Below are positions 1 through 11,188 of a stretch of DNA of 64,000 nt, one piece after another (within the stretch, counting starts at the first letter, position 1; each line of letters begins with the position of its first letter). The translations under genes and the position numbers were made by a program. Location of the stretch: the NCBI GenBank assembly GCA_000934665.2, contig KZ538425.1, forward strand, positions 1 through 64,000, written 5' to 3'. The notes below the pieces were generated by a model, which ran no database searches, was not told the origin of the DNA, and was given only the letters and a program-made list of their open reading frames with translations. The DNA comes from Catajapyx aquilonaris. Lineage: Eukaryota.

Positions 1-743
1 TAAATTGTTCGGTGCGAAAATCCCATTGAGAGGGGCACGTGTGGCCAACTTTTTAGAAAATGCACCAGTGATTGTATTGTACCAAATATTTGCACTAATT
101 GCTGCACTTGCAAACTGAACACGTGTTGAGACATAATTTTTATCATAAATTGTTCTGCAGTAATTGTCACTGGTTAAGTTCAGTACAGTATCGCGTACAT
201 GCTGCACATGATGTTAATGTTTAGTGACACATGCCGCCGATGCCGGATTGGGCAATGCGGGCATCGGAGTTCCGAGTTAAAGTCACTAATTGTCGGCAGC
301 CGGTCGTCACTGGCGTCGTCACCAGCATGACCAGTCACCAGACCAGTGCAGGTGACTTAGCCCGAAAAGGTCAGATTATAATATGGATATTATTTTTGGA
401 TTTTGATTAAAATGTTTATGAAATCATTGGTTTTTATCTGAAGTTCAAAAAACCAAACCTCCAGAAGATCATGACGGCAGCTGACGTCCTAGAGGCATTC
501 AGCGTGCCATTCAGCGACTCATTGCAATTTTACTGTCACCTGAATCCTTGCAGAAATACTTTTACCATCAACGTTACATCTCACGGGAAAGATCAAGTAT
601 AATCAAAATTAAAAATACTGGCCATAATATGCAGTAAAAATCAATTAACGGTTGTTAGCAATTTTCTCCGCAGTGGGCGCCACTTGAGTTTAAATTTCTG
701 GCGGGATTTTGAAATTCGCCCGAAATATTTTGAGCCACGTGTA

Positions 744-891
744 CAGGGTGTTCCAAATCGGTTTTTCGTAACTGATATCGCCTGATAATAGTTATTTTTT
801 GTAGCTTGCTGTGACCCATTCTACATAAAAACTGCTATATTCGATCCTCTGGGAGTAGGGGGGAACTTTGATATTATGTGGGCATAACAAG

Positions 892-963
<72 letters not shown>

Positions 964-1014
964 TAAACTACTATCGGGCGATGCTGCAACGACCCACGAA
1001 TTTGGAACACCCTG
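744..1014. mobile_element. Tc1/mariner-type MITE with TA target-site duplication, containing a (TTA)n microsatellite
   Basis: ta|CAGGGTGTTCCAAAT ... ATTTGGAACACCCTG|ta: 15-bp perfect terminal inverted repeats (TIRs) flanked by TA. Confidence 0.8.
893..964. repeat. (TTA)n microsatellite
   Basis: About 23 perfect TTA units; this explains the poly-Leu ORF 878..1111. Confidence 0.97.
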
Positions 1015-1872
1015 TATTTATTCGACAAATTGTGGTTTGCTTCGGATTAGCTTATTCCTGGCAAATAATTTAACCGCAGAATCATCGATAACTTATGATC
1101 CCCGAACGTGATCCGCAAAAAAAAAAAAAAAACTCGAGCCCCCTTCCCCCCCCCNCCCCCCTGCTTGTCTGACTCTCTCTCTCTTGGTGAACCCTGCGAA
1201 AAACCCTAAATCCAATCTCTCTCGCTCATTTGCAACCCGAGCTGCCCTCTCTTCCTGGCTGCTGCTGCCTTCCCCGGTGGCCGTCATTCACTTGTTCCAA
1301 ACGCGCCTCCCGGAAAGCTTGGCGCTAATTTGACACGTGAGGGGTTAGCCCCGACCCCCTCCCTCCTCCTCTGCTGCTGGGGAGGGTTATTCCCCAGGGG
1401 TCAAAACCTCCCTCTCTATACAACACACCCACCTTTCCTACATGAACAGTCAATTAGGCAAATCTCCTTCCGGAGGGAGCTACCGGCAGAAAGCGGAGGA
1501 AGGGTTTGGAGTCTCCAGCCCGTCAGCATTGTCGACGACACTCGTCATGCTAATCATCGCCTTTTCCCTGTCGCACCGCCAACAGACCAACCCTGTTACG
1601 TGTTTCGGGGCACATTATGCCCCGCCCGGATCCGGAGCCCAACACCGATTCCCTCCAGAAATCACGCCGTATTAGACCACATCTAGGTTACACCGTCGAA
1701 AGGTCCGACGTCACATTAACCATGTAACAAGACACACATTTCGGCTTTTAGCCCTTTTTCGCGGCTTGCCATTTTTTTTTTTTTTTTGCACCGGGACTTG
1801 AATGAGCGAAGGAGTCATAAACTTGCAATGCCTTGGGAATAAACTTGGTGCAATAACACTCCAGGGGATTTG

Positions 1873-2192
1873 AAAATTTTGTACACACACCATACATACA
1901 TGTAAACACTCACTCCACCAATTTTCAGCACCAAAATGTCATTTCTATATGTGCTTAAAACGTGCGCAAAAAGGGGGCGTGGCCTAAGGGCGCATTCCGA
2001 CTCCTGCCATCCTCTCAAAAATGTGTAGACCACACAAACCATACATGTAAACAGGCACTCCACCACTTTTCAGCACCGAGATGCCATTCCTTGGAAAATT
2101 ATCGCGGGTTTAAAAGCCACTCTCAAATTGGCGCAAAAAATGGGGCGTGGCCTAAGGGCTCATTCCGACTTCTGCCATCCCCCTCAAAAATG
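1873..2192. repeat. Degenerate tandem duplication, about 2 units of 145-170 bp
   Basis: CATACATGTAAAC...CACTCCACCA.TTTTCAGCACC at about 1895 and 2040; GGGGCGTGGCCTAAGGGC.CATTCCGACT.CTGCCATCC.CTCAAAAATG at about 1974 and 2142. Confidence 0.85.
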
Positions 2193-2248
2193 GTGTCAAG
2201 AAACAGCTGCGAATTCGCGGCTGTTTCTTGGCACCATTTTTGAGGGGG
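2179..2248. repeat. 70-bp near-perfect palindrome centred on GAATTC
   Basis: CCCCCTCAAAAATGGTGTCAAGAAACAGCTGC-GAATTC-GCGGCTGTTTCTTGGCACCATTTTTGAGGGGG; two mismatches. Confidence 0.92.
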
Positions 2249-2249
2249 T

Positions 2250-2357
2250 TACTGTACAGCGCACCCTTATAAGAAGGTCAGGTACTCTTTGTTAATCTCA
2301 ATTAATTGAGATTAACAAAGAGTACCTGACCTTCTTATAGGGGTACGCTGTACAGTA
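2250..2357. mobile_element. 108-bp spacerless palindrome, probable foldback MITE (TA|CAG...CTG|TA)
   Basis: Arm TACTGTACAGCGCACCCTTATAAGAAGGTCAGGTACTCTTTGTTAATCTCAATT followed directly by its reverse complement, with 2 mismatches. Confidence 0.8.
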
Positions 2358-2382
2358 TAGGCCTACCAACATAACCCATAGC

Positions 2383-2466
2383 CTTCATTGCGGATACACG
2401 CCTATCCTTCAGCGGATACACCATATCATTCAGCGGATACACCCCCATATCATTCGGCGGATACAA
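2383..2466. repeat. Minisatellite, 4 units of 21-24 bp with core GCGGATAC
   Basis: GCGGATAC at 2390, 2412, 2433 and 2457, with related C.ATATCATTC spacers. Confidence 0.85.
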
Positions 2467-4050
2467 GCATAGTAGAGTAGCCAGGGGCAAGCAACTAGAT
2501 GACCTTGAGATGAACAGAAGTCTACCTTTTTCCGCTCGTAATATAGAAGTGCACTCAAAAATGTAAAAGGGAAGCAACAATAACGACGCTTCATGAATAT
2601 CGTTGAAGCATGAAGTGGTACTCACCACTCTCCAGTGAAGACAAACTTGAGCCATTTCCAAGCCTTTTTCTCCACCGCCAAAAACTCTTGCGCTTTTCTA
2701 ATAAGGAGCAAGCGATTTCCTTTTAGAAAATAAGGAAAGAGAGAGAGAGAGAGAAAAAAAATCAGGTTTGGAGGTTAAACTTTGCGCCAGAAAAGGAGTT
2801 TTATTCTAGTCTCAATCCGAAGAGGAGCAAGTAAAGGGACCCGTGGGACATGAAGCAAGGTTGCATCCGGATGAATCCTGCTATATACTTTTCCCCCGGA
2901 TTTTCCTCCACCGTCACACTGCTCTCCGGGGGAAACACCCCCTCCCTCCCTCTCTCTCTCTCTCTCTCTCTCCCCCCCCCCCCTCCAAATGCAAACAAGC
3001 CTGACTCGCCCAACTTTTTAAACTTGTTTTAATTTTATAACGGGGGCCGAGCGGCAGCAAAGGCTTGCACTGCGAATTGGCTCAATGATGCTCCGGACGG
3101 CGTTACCTCCGGGAAGTGGAGGCCTGGTCTCACAGGGACCATTGCCTCCCTGCTTCTTTCTTACACCGGATATTTTCACTTCATCTTGCCTCTCCTTCCC
3201 TCCTCCCAACAAAACAGGGCCAGACGTATGAATTTTAAAAAGGCAGTCTCTTTTCTCCGGCTCTCCCAGGATTATGTGCTTAAAGAGGAGCGAAAATTTT
3301 CCGGGTATGCAAAGGGAAAACCGTGTTTATGACCACCGCCATTTTTATAATCAGGAAACTTGGGGGGATGCTGAGATTAAACGCTGAATTTCTAACAAGG
3401 GGTAGTAGCTAGTATCACTATACCCCTCTGTCACATGCATACAGCGTGCTCCCGAGAGACGATGCTGGGCGGCGGTATATGGAAGGCAACTTATTAATCC
3501 GTCGCCCGCCTGAAACACTTTTAACAATTCAACGACCATCAAGTAATGAGAGACTTGAAGAAATTTTACTTGCGCCATTGATTTTCGGTAAACTTATGCC
3601 AAAATATTCAGTTGAAAGACATGGTAAGCTTTCATGGTTTTCCATGCAGCCTCCTTGCACAACAGGAATAGGTTTACTGTACTTTATTGAAACAGTAAGT
3701 CGCATTAAATATTTTGTAACAAGTACTGCGTCATATACCGTACGGTACGTTGCCAATTGAGCGACAAGTGTGATGTTGCAACTCATTATTTACTTATGCT
3801 TTAGTAGTCTAGTTAAATTAGTACCTTAGTAATACTGTATCTATAAGAGAAAAGGTTAAAACAATATATTATTTCTAGGTGTTTCATAATGGGGTCAGGA
3901 TTTTCATCCCATTGTAGTGCAGTTTCTTCACATTGCACTGGAAGAGCGTAGATAGAGTCGAAAGGTTTAGAGTACCGAGTTCAAAAATTTCCCCTCTCGT
4001 CACGCTTATATTCAATTTTTATTCAATTCAATTGTCGCTGTAGATGTACA

Positions 4051-4111
4051 GTACACTCTACTATATCGCTCAAAATCGTCTCTATGTTTTCGAGCGATAT
4101 AGTACGTGTAC
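4051..4111. repeat. Short inverted repeat, possible MITE remnant
   Basis: GTACAC..TACTATATCGCTCAAAA ... TTTTCGAGCGATATAGTA.GTGTAC. Confidence 0.6.
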
Positions 4112-6834
4112 TTTTTTTTGTAACTTTTGTGGTTCGTAAATTTTAACCAAATTTAGTAAATACAGTATCTTTTTTTCAGAATAACAAAACCATTTGAAGG
4201 GTTTTGGTGAACTGGATTGGCAAACTTGAAGAGAACAGGTATTCTGTATTATCAGAGATTTCAAATTGCTAATTTTCTTAAAGATATAATGAATGAATTG
4301 GAGGCAATAAAGGGGCCTGCAAGTCTTCCTTACAAGTGTTCAGCCTAAATCTGAAAAATGATGAAAGAGAGAACTGAAGCTGCAAGAATGATTTGCAGAG
4401 GTCTGTCAGTATGACTGGTTACGCCTATACTAGTTACTTGTGTACTGTACATTGTGTAATCACTAATGCCACGAATTAATACATTTATTCTGAGGGACTA
4501 TGGCACTTATTTTTCTTAATATAATTAGTTCTATTTATCGTCCTTGTTTTAGTTCTTCAATTTGCTATACATGTCGGAATAGAGCTGCATGCTGAAATGT
4601 TGGGCTACATTTATATATGGATATCAGTAATATTTGGTCAGTCTCCTTTATTGAATGGAAGGATAAGAGTAGGCTATACTGGTGAAACATTATTTCTCTG
4701 TCGGTTTTCTAGGTTTTCTTTCAACAGTCACCACTTGTCTCTACATTATACAGTACTAACTCCATACAATATCCGTTTATTATGCAACACTTCCACTCTT
4801 GCTGCAATGTTATTGCTTCAACTGACTGACCTTTCGACTGGAGCTGTCAACATCCACGTGCCTCCACAATGTAAACTGCCCATCGCACTGTAACCATCAG
4901 CACACGTGTAATCGGCCGGATGCAACTGCAACACAATAATGACGCCTCCCTCAGACCCGATGCCAATTTTGAAAAGCCGGACCTGATGTTTAATGCCGTC
5001 AAAGTAATAATTAAGGACGACGACAAACCCAGTTTTTCATGACTTGGCATGCTAAAAAAAAAACCAATGTAAATTGGCAGTTCAGACACTAAGTGGGCAT
5101 ACACATACCCTGATCATTGACTGGTAGATACTCTCCCTTCGCGACAGCTGCATTGGTCAAATTGGAGCGATGGTAGGGGAGTGAGAGGGACTGTAATTAT
5201 GCGCCAGTCATAACTCACTCAAAAAAAAAAAAATGAGAGAGAGAGAGCCTGACATCAAGTCAAAGTGGGCTGTCAGGTCGGCCTGTTTTAAAAACTACTG
5301 GAGCGGCAAAAGCCAGCCCTTCTGCTCCGCACCTTTGCCAAACACCGGGTGAGAGAGAAAGGGGTCCAAAAACTTCACTTGACAAATTGACTGCAAATTC
5401 GGGGGGCATAAATCGCCACCACCCTCTGACCCCCTACTCCATACAATGACCAAAGCCCAACCCCTCGAGGGACTTCAAGACACGTGCGCTAATTAATCTC
5501 CACCACTGACACCTCTAAAGTGGGGGGTCATCCAACCTGCAAAGAGAACTGTGGAGCTTCTGAGCTAAAGGGTGCAATAATAAAATTTTACAGATAAATC
5601 AACAAATTTTAAAATTAATAGTAATGTGTATGAACACAAGCAGATTGCATGTTGACATGAAGAGATTTAGTAAATATTATTTCAGTTCTTGCCCTTTTAT
5701 TCAGATGCTCCACTATAGTGGAGGGTGTAATGAATGGAGCGTTTGGTGTTTTTTTCCTTCAAAAAACCCATTTCTTGTAATTTACATCCAGTGTTTAAGA
5801 AAACGCACTAGTCGACTTACAATATCAACCACCAGCTTGATGGATGCGTTGTGATTGGATGGGGAGGTGGAGAAGATACATCTGGTTTTTTTTGTGGGTC
5901 GACTTAGGGGGGGAGGGGGCAAAAATGTAATTACTATTTACACCTTATGGAAGGGGGGGGGCAGGGGCAATATGACAGTACTGAAGTACTCTCGGAATGT
6001 GCGTCGTATAATGAGGAGGGAATGGGAAGGGAGAGAGAAAAAAAAAAGAAATGTGAAGCCACGCACGCCACGTCCTACGATTATATTCATATTCACAAAA
6101 TGTACAAACCACGTCACTGCCCAGGTCACCCTCCCTTCAAGCGGATCAAAATTGTCCTTGTGTCCACTTGAAGGGAGGGAAAAAGCATTTCTGTATACCA
6201 AGGGGCAAGTCAGTTGGCGTCCATTAGTCTAAATATAAATTAATTTGCAAGTGTTCAAATTGGAGGGAAGAGGAGGAGGAGGAATAAAAGGCGAGGGGGT
6301 GATACTTTGGAGGTATTACAGGGCAAAATTGAGAGGGGAAGGGCGAAAAATTAAGGGGTCAACTGCATATCACTTTTATCAGATTTTGTCACCTAAATAC
6401 TAGTACAGTCTAAATCAGGGCAAATTCTACATTGCCCAATTGTAATTTTTTTCCTCTTTCTTGATATGATTCGAATTACGTGTTTTTTTTTTTTCAGAAA
6501 AAGACGAACAAGAACCTCCTGGGTCATCACTCCTATTTACAAGAAAACAAGATGAGAGGTTGAGATTCACACCGAACACTAAAAATGAGCACGATTTGGT
6601 TCCATTTTTACCGTATTCCTTATAGCACAACGAGAAGAGTTCCAATAACAAAATGGCATCATTTTTCTGTTTTTTTTTGGGTCCGTGTTTCTCGTCCCAC
6701 ATACTCATAATTATTTCACAAAATTGTCCTTTTGTATGGTCCGGGCGGAGAAGATTAGAGGAGATGTGAAGTGTGATGAGGAAGATGGTTGTTGTTGTTG
6801 TTGTTGTTGGGCCGGTCTTGTTCCTCCGGGTTCT

Positions 6835-6941
6835 TCACTTAGTGGAAGACACCAGAGGAGACCCATAGGGCTGAGCATTACACGTCGGGAGGGCAAAGGG
6901 ATTCATGGTTGCAAAAGGCGACGACACCAGACTCCCGACTC
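6835..6941 (-). CDS. coe: Alternative C-terminal exon B: (R)VGSLVSSPFATMNPFALPTCNAQPYGSPLVSSTK*
   Basis: Acceptor ttttttccaattttatctcgacag|GA (phase 1), 34 sense codons then TGA; resembles the insect Collier/Knot C-terminus (NPFALPTCN...LV.STK, from recollection). This reading frame is absent from the ORF track. Confidence 0.88.
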
Positions 6942-7984
6942 CTGTCGAGATAAAATTGGAAAAAATACGGGGGTTGAAAAACATCAATTATTGCAGGTGG
7001 ACTATTATTAGTACACAAACAGCGTCACTTTTTTCCGGAATATTCCGGTCCCAGAGTATTTCAGCTCAACAGGATTTTGCATGTGTAAAGAGGAAGCAAG
7101 ATGCCAACTTTATTTCATTACGAAAAATTCATGGACATCATATGATCTGTAGGCATCTTGCTGCTGTTCTTGCCATGCATGACCTGTAACCGTTTACATG
7201 TTAACCACGCTATTGTCAAACTCTAGGTTCACTATCATGGCATTAGCGGAATCGGTTAATTATTTACTATACATCAGTTTGAAAAATATGCCCCAAAGTG
7301 TGGTTAATTCACAACAGCAGGAGCATAGTGTCTGCACTTTTATTGTATGTACTGTACAGTAGTTGCAAGCGAAAATTGCTAATCGTACAGTATACTGGTG
7401 GTAACTGTATTCCTCATAAATATTTGCAGGTTACTTGAGAATTAACATGTCCCACCAAAGTAATTATGACCCCCAAAGTACTGATGCTTCCAGACCTGAT
7501 TCCATTAATACCAATAGAGAACCGTGTGGGGGGCTAAACAACTTCCAACCCAACCCCCCCTCCAAACTCCCCCCTCAAAAAATATTGGTAATTGTAAACC
7601 TCCTCTTGTCGAAGAGATTACAGTCCAATAATGTGACAGCTTGAGCACGTGCAAACAAAACGAAAGGGGATTAACGACGAACATGCATTAGACCATCCCA
7701 ATTCTGTCGCTAAAAGGGCAACACGAGCGCCACGTGCAACGTTAATCAGTCCCCTCTTTTTCCCAGGCATACACATCACACTCTCCCAAAAAAAATAAAA
7801 GGTACACACACAGAACATGTCCCTTTCCCACCATTTAATTTCTTTTTAAATTTCAAAAAATAAATTGAAGGGTTAAAGCGTATAAGCACGTGGAAAAAAA
7901 TGATATAATAAAATAATGAATTTTTTGAAAGGCAAGACACTGCAGCCACCTACTGAGAAGAACCAGGACAAAAAGCGGCGCATA

Positions 7985-8205
7985 CTAACACTGCACTGCG
8001 AGATGTTGCCAGCTTGCGGCCGTCTGGAAGCCGGAGAATGGGGAAGGGGTGGGCAAGGGGGGGCGCATCACGGGGGCGAAGGCACTTTTCTGTTTGACAG
8101 CCAGCTGACCCAGAAAGCCCCCAGTGGTAGCAGTAGTAGCTGTAGTAGCAGTAGTGGTAGTGGCAGTCTGGTACTGGTAGCCACTAGGGGGATTGGGTGA
8201 TAAAA
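7985..8205 (-). CDS. coe: Alternative C-terminal exon A: xLSPNPPSGYQYQTATTTTATTATTATTGGFLGQLAVKQKSAFAPVMRPPLPTPSPFSGFQTAASWQHLAVQ(C*)
   Basis: Very strong acceptor (tttctttgccttcttttttatcttcttcag|TT, phase 1); contains the EBF C-terminal motif AVKQKSAFAPV.RP; ends at TAG 7985-7987 or at donor T|gttagt (exon end 7990). Confidence 0.88.
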
Positions 8206-9002
8206 CTGAAGAAGATAAAAAAGAAGGCAAAGAAATCAGTGCCACGGAATTTTGTTTGTTTGTTTGCTTGTTATTGCTGTCTCCTGATTATTTTGAGCAG
8301 TGAAGTGTCACGCAGTTTGCCAGAATTTGCACTCATTTGTTCAGTTATTGCCAGATCCTCATGAGCTATATGCAATAAATAAATAAATAAAATATATAAA
8401 CATTCACAGTATGACTGGTTGTACCAATTGCGTTTACGAAATTCCGGTACATACTGCTGATGCTGGTGAGAATTGACATAAAAAGCATTTAGCCAGCTGA
8501 CCTGACATCAGTTTTTTAAAAATTGTTGGAGGTTGTATTTCTTTCGAATTGATCAAGCATTTTATCAGCGTTTAATGTACCGGTACCTGAACGAACCTCA
8601 TGAAATAATAGTTTGCGACAATCAAAAGGGGGGGCCTGTTCAGTGCTGCGGCAAATAATTTAAGAATTCAAATCAAAACCGGCATGACAGCACACAGAGC
8701 GATCAGAATCACAATGGATTTTTACTAGGATATGAAGAATTTTAAACTTGACATTCTATCAGCTCTTATAATATTGTTTAAAAATTTCATCTGGGAGACT
8801 GATCTCTCATAAAGCTGAAAGTATGTGCCAAAGGCTATGTAAACAAAATATTACGACTTTCATCTTTCTCCATTTTTTTAGTTTGTAAATACAAGGTAGT
8901 AAACAAAAGACCGAATGATTTATTTTAATATTTATCTACTGCGAGTCATTACTGCTGCTTGTTAATAGATTTCATCAGAGGGCGTAATTGTTTCACTCTC
9001 AC

Positions 9003-9035
9003 CTGCATTTAAACCCATAGGCGGAGGATTCGTAA
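9003..9035 (-). CDS. Possible 33-bp phase-1/phase-1 microexon: (I)TNPPPMGLNA
   Basis: Strong donor GCAG|gtgaga at 9002 and frame-preserving acceptor gaatag at 9036. The acceptor is weak, and a competing AG 11 nt upstream would give an immediate stop. Confidence 0.3.
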
Positions 9036-9465
9036 CTATTCCGAATCTATAAAATCGTTGCTCAAATGAGAGGTGACTCTTGAAAAATAAACCTCATCAA
9101 ATAAAGCGTCTACTGCGTGACATACACCACCACATATCTGCTGCAAAGAGTTTTGGCCACTTCCGCTGTGTATAACAAGTTTGCAAATAAGGTTTGGTGC
9201 CATGCTATGATGTAAACAGCCATATAGAAACTTTGGATTTGGCCGTGTAAACCAAAACGATAACAATTATATATAATTAAAAAAAACATCCACACGTCCA
9301 GGAAGAGCCACACATTGCCTCATGCACGTGACTCCCCTCCCATTTATATCCAAAAAATAATAATAATAATAATAATCTTCTCGTACAAGGTGAGATAGAG
9401 CGAGACAGATAGAGAGAGCTGGGGGCCAGTGGAGAAAAAAAATAATTGTCGCGACAACTACTCAC

Positions 9466-9660
9466 TTGAAGATGAATTGAAGAGTCCGGCGGGGGATCCA
9501 GGTACGGGCATGTTGGAGAGCTGCGAGGCTGCGGCGGCTGAATAGGATCCGTTCATGGTTGCGGTTCCGTAAGAGCTGCCGTTGGAGGAGTGCGGTGTGG
9601 ACGCGTTCGACCCGTAACCCCTTGGAGAAACGCTACTGCTCTGCCCGCGACCGTACTCCT
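9466..9660 (-). CDS. coe: Ser/Pro-rich C-terminal region exon, 195 bp: (E)EYGRGQSSSVSPRGYGSNASTPHSSNGSSYGTATMNGSYSAAAASQLSNMPVPGSPAGLFNSSS
   Basis: Acceptor tttttcttctag|AG, donor TCAA|gtgagt; phase 1 in, phase 1 out; carries the SSVSPRGY..STP and VPGSP motifs typical of COE tails. Confidence 0.93.
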
Positions 9661-10599
9661 CTAGAAGAAAAACCCTACCAGTGAGACAACGGAGTCAGTC
9701 TCGGTTCCTTGTCAGTGTTCATCAAACACAACTACTCAGGGGACGACTGTACTACACACGATGGGTATACAAAAATGTCCAGTCCAGCCACAAAAAGTGA
9801 TTACTAACAGTAAGTGCATTAATAGCTTTCAGTCTCTCAATTACCTGGAGGCTAGACCCCAACACTTTTTGTCGCGAATAGTACAGTCTTCCACCAGCGC
9901 TTCGGCATGCTACGAAACGCAGTTCACCACAATGACCACAATAACCATGCTCACATGGGACTTTTAAACCGAACCCACTCACTACAAATAAAAAGGGAGA
10001 GACTCTTGTGAGGGGGTTACCCAGAGGGATATGGGGATGGGGGGGGATGAAGAGAAGAGGAACGCGGCATCCTATAATTTCATAATAATGTCGCCTAATA
10101 GCAAGTCCCGCTTGAATAAGCCATTAAATTATTGCTAGACAAATTCGATTACGTTTCCGGTCTAATCCCATTGACCGAGGAGGCTTTCATAGAGTGCCCG
10201 ACTCCCATCCCCACCCTCCCATCTGACTTTTTTATTTCCATGTGGAGGAGGGGTGGGTGGGTGTTTTAAAAAAAAAATCCTCCAGCACCCACCACTCACA
10301 ATTATGAAAACAAAAAGGAGTCAACCGTAAGGAAGGTTCCAGGTATGTCCACCCAACGTACAGAAATGTGTGTCATGCTGTTTCTCCCTCACAACAGGCA
10401 AACTAATTTTTTTTTCTTCAAAAAACTGAAAATGACCAAGTCTTTCAACAAAAAATTACTGCTGCACCCTTCCAAGACTTTCTTGCAAAAATGCAGCATC
10501 TCCCACTACTGAACTGACCAAAAAACACAACTAAAAACCAAGCTGAAAATTAGTATACAATGAGGCTACTACGACTTGGTGAGGAGAAGCGTTAAGCAC

Positions 10600-10786
10600 C
10601 TTCGTTCCACTGACCGTTTCCGTTCTCCTGGACGCTCACGGCTAACTGGCCAGTGTACGTGTTGAATCCGGACATGGTGTTGTTGGGCATGGCCGGCGAC
10701 CGAGGCGCAGTCAGGGCCAGCTGGTTGTTCCGGGGCATGCTGTACAACGCCTCTGCCAGGTCGGCCGCACGCTTCAGGATTATCTC
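10600..10786 (-). CDS. coe: HLH helix-2 exon: EIILKRAADLAEALYSMPRNNQLALTAPRSPAMPNNTMSGFNTYTGQLAVSVQENGNGQWNE(E)
   Basis: Long pyrimidine tract ending ttttctgaag|GAG; donor GAAG|gtgctt (phase 1), with an alternative same-phase donor AACG|gtcagt at 10615. Confidence 0.93.
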
Positions 10787-10852
10787 CTTCAGAAAATTTG
10801 GAAGAGGAACAAGAAAGTGTCAAAAAATAGGAAGACTAGTTGATTTTTAAAA

Positions 10853-11076
10853 TATTACATAATATATAAAGCAAAAAGTAGGTCGGTATTTATGTATATG
10901 TCACAACCTAACCCACTTTCAGAGTGATGAGAGTACTGAAACTTGGCTCACTGACGTCTTACGTATACCGTTGATTTAGGGAAATGTCAGAAAACTGCAA
11001 TTTTAAAAAGTCTAAGTACCCAAAATATAGAATTGTTTGTTTTAAAAAATGATGTTTGGTGTCTGTCTCCTGCTAA
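10853..11076 (+). mobile_element. Degenerate copy of the non-autonomous Helitron-like element, inside a 313-bp coe intron
   Basis: Colinear with the reverse complement of 46320-46585 (ACCTAACCCACTTTC, CTGAAA.TTGGC.CACTGACGTCTTA, AAAACTGCAAT, AGTCTAA...CCCAAAA, TGTTTGGTGTCT). Confidence 0.75.
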
Positions 11077-11099
11077 TAAAGCTTAAAGAGTGGACGTAC

Positions 11100-11188
11100 C
11101 TTGGGAAGCTTCTCCGGGTCTCCTGGATGACGAGGTATCAACTTCTGTAGCCGTTGGAAGCCGTAGTCTATGGTGGGTTCGTTCAAAG
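11100..11188 (-). CDS. coe: HLH helix-1/loop exon, 89 bp: (S)[29 protein letters not shown]
   Basis: Acceptor tcgttgcag|CT, donor AAG|gtacgt; phase 1 in, phase 0 out; 59-bp upstream intron. Confidence 0.97.

Noticed and set aside
2383..2466. Short regularly spaced repeats superficially like a CRISPR array
   Set aside because: Eukaryotic context, spacers similar to each other, units too short and no cas genes; it is a minisatellite.
5493..5536. Strong minus-strand acceptor (ttctctttgcag) followed by a short open frame xWMTPHFRGVSGGD*
   Set aside because: No resemblance to known COE tails, and both termini are already explained; it could at most be a UTR exon.
6711..6896. Track ORF with poly-Q (MPSRRV...QQQQQQQ)
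   Set aside because: It is a different frame of terminal exon B; the (CAA)n run lies after the TGA at 6835, in the 3'UTR.
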